From a virus (taxonomy: Duplodnaviria > Heunggongvirae > Uroviricota > Caudoviricetes), in IMG/VR virus record IMGVR_UViG_3300045988_180316: DNA of 37,769 nt; one strand, given 5' to 3'. This document shows, in pieces, positions 9,056 through 16,181 of the stretch; positions within the stretch are counted from its first letter, which is position 1, and the number at the start of each line of letters is the position of its first letter. The notes under the pieces were generated by a model. The model did not search any database and had not been told where the DNA came from. It saw only the letters and a list, made by a program, of their open reading frames with translations. The position numbers and the translations under genes are program-made.

Positions 9056-9087
9056 CAAAGATAACGCTTTTATCTGAAAGCACCAAA
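9056..9087 (-). promoter_or_regulatory. Bacteroidota promoter (-7 TAtcTTTG, -33 TTTG) for the moron leader
   Basis: Plus CAAAGATA at 9056-9063 and CAAA at 9084-9087, with a 20-nt spacer. It is embedded in the imperfect palindrome GGTGC..AGATAA-CGCTT-TTATCT..GCACC. Confidence 0.5.
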
Positions 9088-9103
9088 TGATTTTACGAAA
9101 ACT

Positions 9104-9715
9104 TTATTTCACCACCTCTATGTATCTCGAGTAATCAATCTTGGAGTGGGGATTGTGGCTGACTATCTGCACCTGATAGCCCTTGGTGCCCCATCGCCAC
9201 CAGAGGAACTTGTGGCGGTAGGTGCGGCTCACGATGGTCGTCAGGCTGTCTCGAGACGAGTACTGGCACTCTCGCTTGGGGATGTCGATATGGAGGGAGA
9301 GCCATTGGTCTCGGTAGGTGTAGATGGAATCGGGGATGCCGGAACCAGCCACGGCGGCGGTCGGTTCGGGCGTGAGATAGACCGTATCGGCGGTGGTTGA
9401 CGAAGCTGTGTGGATAGACTGCACATCTTTGAGCCGCACTTTGAGGTCTTTGATGAGCTTGGTATCGGCGAGGTGGAGCTTTTGCAGCTCGTCGTATTTC
9501 GCCTGAAGGGCGTTGAATATGGCGACATTGAGAGTGTCTCTCACGTTGGCATATTCAATGTCGTAGTTGAGGTTGGCTACGTTGTAGCTCTGTCGGTCGA
9601 GGTCAGCCTGAAGCTGCTCGCACTTGTTGGCGGAGTGGATGAATGCGACGGCGGTCACGATGAGCAGGGCTGCCAGGAGCTGGATGATAATCTTGGGTGT
9701 GATTTTTTTTATCAT
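9104..9715 (-). CDS. Membrane-anchored coiled-coil protein, spanin-like lysis accessory candidate
   Basis: 203 aa with an N-terminal TM (IIIQLLAALLIVTAVAFI) and a coiled-coil segment. It lies directly downstream of the amidase. Confidence 0.4.
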   Translation of the reverse strand: MIKKITPKIIIQLLAALLIVTAVAFIHSANKCEQLQADLDRQSYNVANLNYDIEYANVRDTLNVAIFNALQAKYDELQKLHLADTKLIKDLKVRLKDVQSIHTASSTTADTVYLTPEPTAAVAGSGIPDSIYTYRDQWLSLHIDIPKRECQYSSRDSLTTIVSRTYRHKFLWWRWGTKGYQVQIVSHNPHSKIDYSRYIEVVK

Positions 9716-9745
9716 TGTCTTTTTATGGAATATTTGGTGAGTGAG

Positions 9746-10171
9746 TTATGCGATGTCTTTGTATTCGTCGATGGCATTGAAGCAAGGACACATCTTCTTC
9801 CATTTGGACTTGTCCTTGCCCCAGATGTCACGATGGCCCATTATCTGGGCATCAGGGAACTGAGCCTTCAGTTTGTGGAGAAGCAAAACGAGGGCGTCTT
9901 TTTGCTCTGGTGTGCGGTTGTCGATAGCCTTGCCCTTAGCATCGATGCCACCGATATAGGCGACGTTGATGGCTGTGGAGTTGTAGCCCTGCACGCCGTT
10001 GCTCACCTTTTCGATGGCTAGGAGTTGGTGGATGCCGCCGTTTGGGGCGATGACGTAGTGATAACCTGGATTGGTCCAGCCCTTGCGGCGGAACTCTGCC
10101 TTGAGGTCGTCGATGGACTGACTTTGTGAACCTGCGGTGCAGTGGACGAAAATGCGTTTAATCTGTCTCAT
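9746..10171 (-). CDS. Endolysin, N-acetylmuramoyl-L-alanine amidase (Amidase_2 / T7-lysozyme-like)
   Basis: ATG at 10171 gives MRQIKRIFVHCTAG...GYNSTAINVAYIGG...IMGHRDI...KMCPCF (Zn ligands His/His/Cys). The track's 5' extension was trimmed. Confidence 0.85.
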   Translation of the reverse strand: MRQIKRIFVHCTAGSQSQSIDDLKAEFRRKGWTNPGYHYVIAPNGGIHQLLAIEKVSNGVQGYNSTAINVAYIGGIDAKGKAIDNRTPEQKDALVLLLHKLKAQFPDAQIMGHRDIWGKDKSKWKKMCPCFNAIDEYKDIA

Positions 10172-10412
10172 TATTTTGCTTGTTATGATTGAACAATTTG
10201 TTTTTGATGTTGTCGAACTTGGCATCGATGGCGATGGCGACACCGAAGATGGATCCGGCATACATGAGCGACTGGGCGAAGTACCAGAGCACATTGTCGG
10301 TGACATCACGTGCCTGGGACGTGAAGTAACTGATGTAAACCAGTATGATGGCGAGGAGGAGCACGGCGATGGCTGAGCCGTATTGTATCCATTCTTTAGT
10401 ATTTCTCTGCAT
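10158..10412 (-). CDS. Holin candidate (2 TM helices)
   Basis: ATG at 10412 (MQRNTKEWIQYGSAIAVLLLAIILVYISYF...LMYAGSIFGVAIAI). The track ATG at 10442 lies inside the -7 box. The gene overlaps the amidase start by 14 nt. Confidence 0.6.
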   Translation of the reverse strand: MQRNTKEWIQYGSAIAVLLLAIILVYISYFTSQARDVTDNVLWYFAQSLMYAGSIFGVAIAIDAKFDNIKNKLFNHNKQNNETD

Positions 10413-10439
10413 GGTGAATCTTGTTTTTGTTTTACAGTG

Positions 10440-10447
10440 CAAAGATA
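10440..10447 (-). promoter_or_regulatory. -7 box (TAtcTTTG) of the lysis cassette
   Basis: Plus CAAAGATA lies 28 nt upstream of ATG 10412. Confidence 0.5.
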
Positions 10448-10462
10448 AGAAGGGTAGGGTGA

Positions 10463-10499
10463 TAATAAAAATACGAGACCGCCCTAACGATCTCGTATT
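10463..10499 (-). terminator. Rho-independent terminator ending the DGR operon
   Basis: Stem AATACGAGA (10470-10478) / TCTCGTATT (10491-10499) plus a U-run. The 5' arm and U-run are identical over 20 nt to the terminator at 7960-7979. Confidence 0.65.
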
Positions 10500-10512
10500 A
10501 TATGTTTAACTG

Positions 10513-10920
10513 TTAGACCTCTCTTGCGAGAATCTCCTTGGCTATCTCCTTGGCCTCTTTGCGCCACGACTGATAAGCCTCGAACTCTGCCTCGTGAGTC
10601 TCGTCACCATCGCCACGGTTGGCAAGAATAGCCTCGACCTGATTTTGGCTGTATCGGGTGCGAACCAAACCTGCGGTGAAATCGTCGTAGGTGGCTGCGG
10701 TCGCCTGAATCTTGGTCGAGCCATCAGGCTCTGTGCCCTCATAGCTGTAAGCAGTGACACCCTCGGAGTTTTCATCTTCTGACTGCTCTGAGGTATCGGA
10801 AGAGCCTGTAGCGGCCTCTGGGTGATAGTTTTCAACTTTCTGCTCACCAGTGTAGAGCAGATAATGGTTATCGTCATACTTGACGAAGCTCTTGCGAGCG
10901 AGATAATACTTCTTGTTCAT
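10513..10920 (-). CDS. Acidic 135-aa protein directly downstream of the RT (unknown function)
   Basis: ATG lies 6 nt after the RT stop. The middle is an acidic, low-complexity stretch (SSDTSEQSEDENSEG) and the C-terminus is helical. Confidence 0.7.
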   Translation of the reverse strand: MNKKYYLARKSFVKYDDNHYLLYTGEQKVENYHPEAATGSSDTSEQSEDENSEGVTAYSYEGTEPDGSTKIQATAATYDDFTAGLVRTRYSQNQVEAILANRGDGDETHEAEFEAYQSWRKEAKEIAKEILAREV

Positions 10921-10926
10921 AATTGA

Positions 10927-12501
10927 TCACGTGAATTTATAGAACTTCTTTTTGAACTTATTGTGAAGCTCTGCGACCACGGTGGAGAAGGGTAGCTCGT
11001 CACGACAGAAGTCGTTGAGGGCTTGGTCTATCAAGATCTTGGAGCCTGTATAGAGGTAGTGCTCCTGAGGCTGCCATACCTCGGTGCCGTCTGGCTCCAG
11101 GTGGTCGATGATGCGATAGCGAAGGGAGAGGCGCTTCTTGGGTACCTCTTTGGTGACCATGTGGGTGGAGCCGTCCGGGGCGGTCTCCTCTTGCTGGATG
11201 GTCTCCTTCTCTATCACCGAGTCATCGACCTTGTAGTCTATCACTTGGACGAGGAACTTGTTCTCGTCCTGACCCTCACGGCAGATGATGTCCTCGATGG
11301 ACTGCTGCTGTGATTTCTCCATACCGTCAAAAGGCACGCGCGCACGGCGAGCCTTGACGAGTTTACCGAATCTTTCCATACCGATTTTCTTATATAAGTG
11401 TTTTGAGTTTGCGTGGATGCCCAGTCCTAGGCGAGAGGCTGCCTTGATCTGTATCTGACGGTCTGTGAAGCCCGCCTTGCGTAAGTTGGCAATCTGTTTG
11501 CAGAGGTCGTGCTTGAACCGCTTGCGCAGCAGGGCGTGGTCAGCGTAGATGATCTGACCGCAGAAGTCGATGCCATCGCAGGTGCGGTGGATACCCCAAG
11601 ACTTATTGATGGATAGGTGCCAGTCACGGGCGAGGTGCATCACGGCAAGCTCTGCCATCAGCCTGAGGAACACCTTATCCTCGTGGAGGATGTAGATGTT
11701 GTCCATGAAGCGGTAATAATGGCGAAGACCTTGGCGGCAGAAGCGCTCGAACCTATCGTTGAGCGACTTCACCCCCCCACATAGCAGCTGAGCTTGCTGC
11801 TGAGTGCGACAGGTAACGAGCATGTCGCTCACGTAGCGAGCCTGCCAGTAACGGAACTTGTCGGTGTCTTGGAGAATGTCGAAGCATCGGAGTGCCAGGT
11901 AATCGAAGCGGGCGAGGAAGAGCTGACCCAAGAGTTGGGCGAGCTTGACGCCGAGCACGATGCCTGGATTGAAGCTATCGACCACCTCGTCGATGAAGGC
12001 GAGGAGCTTGCGGTCTTTGATCTTGCGGCGATATTCACTTTTGAGAAGAGCGTGGTCTATGCTCTGAAAATAATGGTGAATATCCATGGGCAAGCAGTAG
12101 AAGGTATCTTGCTGTGGCGAGTTGAAGATGTCTCGCTTGACAAGATTATAGAAATAATGGGTGCCCTTGCCCTTGGAACCAGCCGGACTGTGGCTGTAGA
12201 GTGTCTTGCGAAGGTTATCCTCTACAGGTTGCAGGGCAGCGTGCTGGATGACGTGGTCGATAACGGGCAGCTTGTTGACTTGGCGATGTTTTGGATAGTC
12301 GATATCTTTGGCGACATAGGCTGAGGTATGCCAAGTTTGTTGGGTGTAAGCATCGAGCATGCGTCCGATGTTATGGTCTAGGTTTGCCTCGAATTTTTGG
12401 ACCGCACGGCGAGACATCTTTTGTCGGGCGTAGTCATAGAATGCCCGACGAAAGTTGTCTAGTGTCTCGACCTGTGGCGATATGTTGCCAAACCTTTTCA
12501 T
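10927..12501 (-). CDS. DGR-type reverse transcriptase (atypical)
   Basis: 524 aa from ATG 12501. RT motifs: KLPVIDHVIQHAAL, SPAGSKGKGTH, CLPMDIHHYFQSIDH (motif A Asp), GIVLGVKLAQLLGQLFL (DGR-like motif B), YYRFMDNIYIL (motif C), IDFCGQIIY..LLRKRF. It lies next to a TR/VR pair. Confidence 0.88.
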   Translation of the reverse strand: MKRFGNISPQVETLDNFRRAFYDYARQKMSRRAVQKFEANLDHNIGRMLDAYTQQTWHTSAYVAKDIDYPKHRQVNKLPVIDHVIQHAALQPVEDNLRKTLYSHSPAGSKGKGTHYFYNLVKRDIFNSPQQDTFYCLPMDIHHYFQSIDHALLKSEYRRKIKDRKLLAFIDEVVDSFNPGIVLGVKLAQLLGQLFLARFDYLALRCFDILQDTDKFRYWQARYVSDMLVTCRTQQQAQLLCGGVKSLNDRFERFCRQGLRHYYRFMDNIYILHEDKVFLRLMAELAVMHLARDWHLSINKSWGIHRTCDGIDFCGQIIYADHALLRKRFKHDLCKQIANLRKAGFTDRQIQIKAASRLGLGIHANSKHLYKKIGMERFGKLVKARRARVPFDGMEKSQQQSIEDIICREGQDENKFLVQVIDYKVDDSVIEKETIQQEETAPDGSTHMVTKEVPKKRLSLRYRIIDHLEPDGTEVWQPQEHYLYTGSKILIDQALNDFCRDELPFSTVVAELHNKFKKKFYKFT

Positions 12502-12710
12502 AAGCGGTGTAATGTCTGTGTTGAACGGTGTATAAACTGTGTATAGTCTGAATCGTCTGCTTTTGTACACTTGATAACCTTCGACCGGATGACCGTGTTG
12601 TCATCATCTACCAGCTGTCTTATTGATGTGTATGTATCGCCATGGGGCGAGGATTGACCCTGTAATCTCGAAGTGGGAGCAAACGACCCACGAAGAGATA
12701 TGTCTGTAAG

Positions 12711-12831
12711 TTGAGGGCGGCGCCGTAGTTCACATTGGCATTCGAGACAGCATTGTTCACGTTGAGCGTCGAAAGACCGCATTGACCACCATTGTTAGCG
12801 TTAGCACCACGAAGGCAGACACGAAAACCGG
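12711..12831 (-). repeat. DGR template repeat (TR)
   Basis: 121 bp that align without gaps to 13122-13242 at a constant offset of 411. It is Asn(AAC)-rich in the VR reading frame (GANANNGG...LNVNNAVSNANVNY). Confidence 0.9.
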
Positions 12832-12865
12832 CACCTAGGGTCACACCCTGATATCATAACCGCCG

Positions 12866-12873
12866 CAAAGGTA
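12866..12873 (-). promoter_or_regulatory. -7 box (TAccTTTG) positioned to start the TR-RT transcript
   Basis: Plus CAAAGGTA. The predicted TSS is about 25 nt upstream of the TR 5' boundary. Confidence 0.5.
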
Positions 12874-13069
12874 ATAAAAATAATCGGTATGGAAGCATGT
12901 CAAAGAGCTTTTTTGATGTTTTTATTGATATTTTTTTTGTCGCCGACCGCCACAGGCGGTAACTTAAGGCGAGCTACGCTCGCTGGGTGCTTCGGCTTCG
13001 CCGAGGGTGCTCAGGTCTCTTTTGCACACCCAGTAAACCGATGCACACCCAGCAAACTGATGTAGTCTT

Positions 13070-14542
13070 TTAGGCCGCCTCGTAATACACGGGTTCCACT
13101 GACCACTCGGATGCTGCTTCGCAGAGGGCGGCGCCGCAGTACACATAGGCAAGCGAGACAGCATCGCTCACGTCGCGCGTCGAAAGACCGCATTGACCAC
13201 CAACGTAAGCGCTAGCACCACGAAGGCAGACACGAAAACCGGATGTAGCGCCGCTATTATTCCAGAAATAGCTAGTCCAATAGGTTGACTCGGATGCGCC
13301 CGTGGCGGTCGGGAAGTTCTCCAGATGCTCCATCGAGAGCGTCTTGATAAAGCCTTCGCCCTTGGTCGGCGAGGTGCTGTAAGCCACCATGCCATCGGCG
13401 GAACCTATCGTCCACGTGCCGTAGATGGACGGTGCCACGAGATGGGTCACGGAAGTGTCTTCGTTGCATCGCACCTGCTCGTCATCCATGTGTCGCCACA
13501 ACGAGCCGAAGCCATTTTTGTAGCCGAAGAAGGATGGTATCTTGGCGGTATAGACCACGGTGCCATCGTCTTTTTTGACCTCGTAGCTTGCCTCGCCACA
13601 AGCGTCGCCCAGCTCGATGCCGGCAGACATCGGCACGACAGGGCGATAGCCGTTGTAACCACCCCAATCAGGCATCTGTGTCACGCCAGCTCCGAGACCA
13701 CCCTGGTAGAGACCGTTGGCATCTTTTTGGCTGTTGACGGCATCCTGGTCGTAGTGGGTGCCGAAGATGACCCCGAAGAGCACGGCGATGGCAGAGGTGT
13801 GGCGCATGGTGGTGCAGAGCCAGCCTGTGCCGTTTTTGCGGGCAGCGGCACGCCAGTATTCGGTAGTCTGGTTGGTGGCAGCCTTGCCCAGCATGGTGCG
13901 GTTGGTGTTATCTAACGTTGAGTCGTTGTTGCCGCCTCGGTAGTCTGTGCCCTCGTTGATGTAACTCACCAGCTTGCCTGTGCTGCGCTCTAGCGTGGCG
14001 AAGCCAGCGGCGGAGATGCTGCCAACAGGTATCTTGTAGTTGTACTCGCCTGGTATCGGCGTAGGGCTGACCATCTCGTAATGGAGTCTGCCCACGGTCT
14101 TGATGACCATGTACCACTCCTTGCCCCAGCCCCACTGGTAGTGCCCCTCTGAGCCGTCGAGCTTGGCTGTCTCGCCGGTGGCATACTTGTAATGGTCTTT
14201 GGAGTCGAGCTTGCGACGGGAGTGGTCATTCTTGACTAGGTAGCAGCCCAGACCCAGCTCCGCTGGTAGGGTCTGCAGTAACTCCAGCGAGCCCACATAA
14301 GTGGCGGCCTTAGGGGTTGCATTGTCGAGGTTCCACACTCGACCACACCAAGGATGCTGTCCCATCTGGACGGCGCTTTTGAGCGACATCTGCTCAGACC
14401 TGCCAGACTTTTTGTCGAAGACCTCGACAATCTTGTCTGTGGCGCTCATGTCTGACTGTGGGAGGTCGTCAACCTGTTGACCTCCATCGAAAGCGGCTAT
14501 GATAGCCTTGAGCTTACTCTCTTCTTCTGATGTTAATGCCAT
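13070..14542 (-). CDS. DGR target: receptor-binding/tail-fibre-tip protein with a C-type-lectin-fold variable C-terminus
   Basis: 490 aa from ATG 14542 (MALTSEEESKL...); the track start at 14755 overlaps the upstream gene. The C-terminus reads ...GFRVCLRGASAYVGGQCGLSTRDVSDAVSLAYVYCGAAL. Confidence 0.85.
   Translation of the reverse strand: MALTSEEESKLKAIIAAFDGGQQVDDLPQSDMSATDKIVEVFDKKSGRSEQMSLKSAVQMGQHPWCGRVWNLDNATPKAATYVGSLELLQTLPAELGLGCYLVKNDHSRRKLDSKDHYKYATGETAKLDGSEGHYQWGWGKEWYMVIKTVGRLHYEMVSPTPIPGEYNYKIPVGSISAAGFATLERSTGKLVSYINEGTDYRGGNNDSTLDNTNRTMLGKAATNQTTEYWRAAARKNGTGWLCTTMRHTSAIAVLFGVIFGTHYDQDAVNSQKDANGLYQGGLGAGVTQMPDWGGYNGYRPVVPMSAGIELGDACGEASYEVKKDDGTVVYTAKIPSFFGYKNGFGSLWRHMDDEQVRCNEDTSVTHLVAPSIYGTWTIGSADGMVAYSTSPTKGEGFIKTLSMEHLENFPTATGASESTYWTSYFWNNSGATSGFRVCLRGASAYVGGQCGLSTRDVSDAVSLAYVYCGAALCEAASEWSVEPVYYEAA
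13122..13242 (-). repeat. DGR variable repeat (VR)
   Basis: It lies inside the 3' end of the target gene. It shows 15 mismatches to the TR, and 14 of them fall at TR adenines on the coding strand. Confidence 0.9.
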
Positions 14543-14564
14543 AATAAAAAATGTATTTAATCGA

Positions 14565-15329
14565 TTAAACAATGCGTAATTTATCACCAACTTTTCTAAG
14601 CTTGCTCGATGCCGACAGGCGAAGGCGAGGCTGGCGTACGGTGATGCTGACCTCTTGCCAGAGCGGTGTGTTGGCGGTGGGGATGACCCAGAACTTGGTG
14701 ATGCCCTCGCCCTTGATGGTGAGGTTGCCGCTTGGGTCTGCCACGAGCGAGTCACCCTCGGCTCGCTGGAAGAGCACGCTCTGTGGGAGGTAGCTCGGCA
14801 GGATCTGCACGGCGATGCGCTGAGCCACCTTGTTGCGCAGGCTTATCTCGGGGAGATAGGCCAGGTTCATGCGAGCTGGCGCGATGAAGCCTGTGGCTAT
14901 CTGAGCGGCGAGACCATCCATCTGCGCTATCTTGGCATCGGCTCGCTTGGATGCCGCGTCTGCCTCTGCAGCCTTGGTCTCTGCCAAGGCTGCCTGTGAT
15001 GCTGCCGCCTCGCCCTGCTCGCCAGCCGCCTTGGCTGCGCTCTGGGCGAGGTTAGCCGCCTTGTTGGCATCGTCGGCCGCACCCTGCGCTCTGACGGTCG
15101 GTGTCTTGTCGAGCCACAAGCGCCACTTGGCGTTGGTATCTGAAGGAGTCGTCGTGTTGCCATCCTCTAGGGAGGCGAAGACTCCTGACGATGTGTGAAC
15201 GATGTCGCCCTCGTCGTAGCCCTTGACGGTCTGGCCATCCTCATCTTGATAGGAGTAGCCCGACTGCCAGGTGCCCTGGTCGGTGAAGGCGACATTGCCC
15301 ACGACAATGATGTTTGTGTTATCTGCCAT
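14565..15329 (-). CDS. Tail fibre component with an Ala-rich coiled coil and a C-terminal Ig-like (Big_2-like) domain
   Basis: 254 aa with an AAxxA-rich helical middle. The C-terminus ...VQILPSYLPQSVLF...NLTIKGEGITKFWVIP...VSITV resembles bacterial Ig-like folds. Confidence 0.5.
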   Translation of the reverse strand: MADNTNIIVVGNVAFTDQGTWQSGYSYQDEDGQTVKGYDEGDIVHTSSGVFASLEDGNTTTPSDTNAKWRLWLDKTPTVRAQGAADDANKAANLAQSAAKAAGEQGEAAASQAALAETKAAEADAASKRADAKIAQMDGLAAQIATGFIAPARMNLAYLPEISLRNKVAQRIAVQILPSYLPQSVLFQRAEGDSLVADPSGNLTIKGEGITKFWVIPTANTPLWQEVSITVRQPRLRLSASSKLRKVGDKLRIV

Positions 15330-15335
15330 AATGAT

Positions 15336-16178
15336 TTATACTTTAATGACTAACTTGTTTCTGCGCTTGACAACGTGCTCAGCGACATGACTGCCGTAGT
15401 CGATCATGAGGAGTTTGTTGCGCCGTTGACGGAACGCCGGATACATGGCACCGCCTCGGGCGATGACTCCTGTATCGACATAGGTGTGCTTGGAGAGATC
15501 CCACTGCCACCAGTTGCCGTTGTCGCCCATCTTGGGTGGATGGTCGTTGAGTTCCTGGGCTAGGTTGGTCTGCTTCTCGCTCTCGGTGAGGGCTGTGAGC
15601 GTATCATCGATGCGCTTGTTCTCGGCGGTGACACGACCCGCCTCGGCGGCTATGCGAGCATTTTCGGCTGTCGCTCGCTTGGTCTCTGAATCCATGCGAG
15701 CTTGCTCTTGGGACTGTCGGGTCTGCTCGGCAGCTTGTCTCTTGGCCTCGTTGCTCTCAATGGCAGCCTTGGAAGAGAGCGTGGCTTCGGTCGCCTGTTT
15801 GGCAGCCTCGGTCTGCGACTTGCTGGCACTGACCGCATCCTCTACCTTTTTGCGTTCGGCGGTGAGGTCAGTTGTCGCCTTGTTGACGCTAGCCGCCGCA
15901 TCGTTGGCTTTGCCAGCTGCGGTGTTGGCCTCCTCTGTCGCCTGTTTCGCCTCCTCGATGCGGATATCCACATCTTTAGTCAAGAGTGACAGCGGTGCGA
16001 TGACTTGCTTTTGCACACCGTCTTTGCTGTAGAGGGCGGGTATCGTACTGATGCCATCGAGCGAGGTGGCGAGCTCGCAAGAGAAGATGTTCTTGCTGTG
16101 CCGCTGTAGATATTCGTTGAACTTAGGTAAGAGCCGGGCGCATAGCGCCTCGAACTCTGTGTCATTCTCTATGCCCAT
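15336..16178 (-). CDS. Coiled-coil tail fibre shaft protein
   Basis: 280 aa with a long A/E/K/T-rich heptad region (EEAKQATEEANTAAGKANDAAASVNKATTDL...). Confidence 0.5.
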   Translation of the reverse strand: MGIENDTEFEALCARLLPKFNEYLQRHSKNIFSCELATSLDGISTIPALYSKDGVQKQVIAPLSLLTKDVDIRIEEAKQATEEANTAAGKANDAAASVNKATTDLTAERKKVEDAVSASKSQTEAAKQATEATLSSKAAIESNEAKRQAAEQTRQSQEQARMDSETKRATAENARIAAEAGRVTAENKRIDDTLTALTESEKQTNLAQELNDHPPKMGDNGNWWQWDLSKHTYVDTGVIARGGAMYPAFRQRRNKLLMIDYGSHVAEHVVKRRNKLVIKV

Positions 16179-16181
16179 AGG

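Larger units (their letters stand above)
10927..14542 (-). other. Diversity-generating retroelement cassette (target/VR - TR - RT), no Avd ORF
   Basis: See the component features above. Confidence 0.88.

Noticed and set aside
11536-11547. YADH in ...GQIIYADHALL... as an alternative RT catalytic box.
   Set aside because: It aligns with the FLGY..(D)H.. segment that follows motif D/E in DGR RTs, not with motif C. Motif C by spacing and context is RFMDN at 11698-11709.
12620-12844. 74-aa ORF (MTLGAGFRVCLRGANANNGG...) and the frame-shifted look-alike ORFs 12498-12782 and 13011-13193.
   Set aside because: This is the DGR template repeat read in the VR frame, not a gene. The paired MRSFDA... ORFs are simply TR and VR translated in another frame.
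12889-13065. 58-aa plus-strand ORF with a signal-peptide-like N-terminus (MEACQRAFLMFLLIFF...) in the VR-TR spacer.
   Set aside because: No plus-strand promoter box lies upstream. The T-rich start is the complement of an A-run, and the rest is the antisense of hairpin/repeat sequence.
12845-13069. Search for an Avd (accessory variability determinant) gene between VR and TR or next to the RT.
   Set aside because: The spacer is only 225 nt with no ORF. The only adjacent small gene (10513-10920) is acidic and not four-helix-bundle-like. Absence was recorded as a finding rather than forcing an annotation.
13070-14755. 5'-extended ORF-track starts for several genes: 13070-14755, 22886-24424, 9746-10309, 33666-34649, 8000-8539, 8564-9004 (GTG), 28150-28407, 10158-10442 and 10927-12570.
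   Set aside because: The extensions overlap upstream genes, terminators or promoter boxes and translate to implausible sequence (Ser/Pro/Arg-rich or AT-junk). Internal ATGs at gene junctions were verified by hand and used instead.
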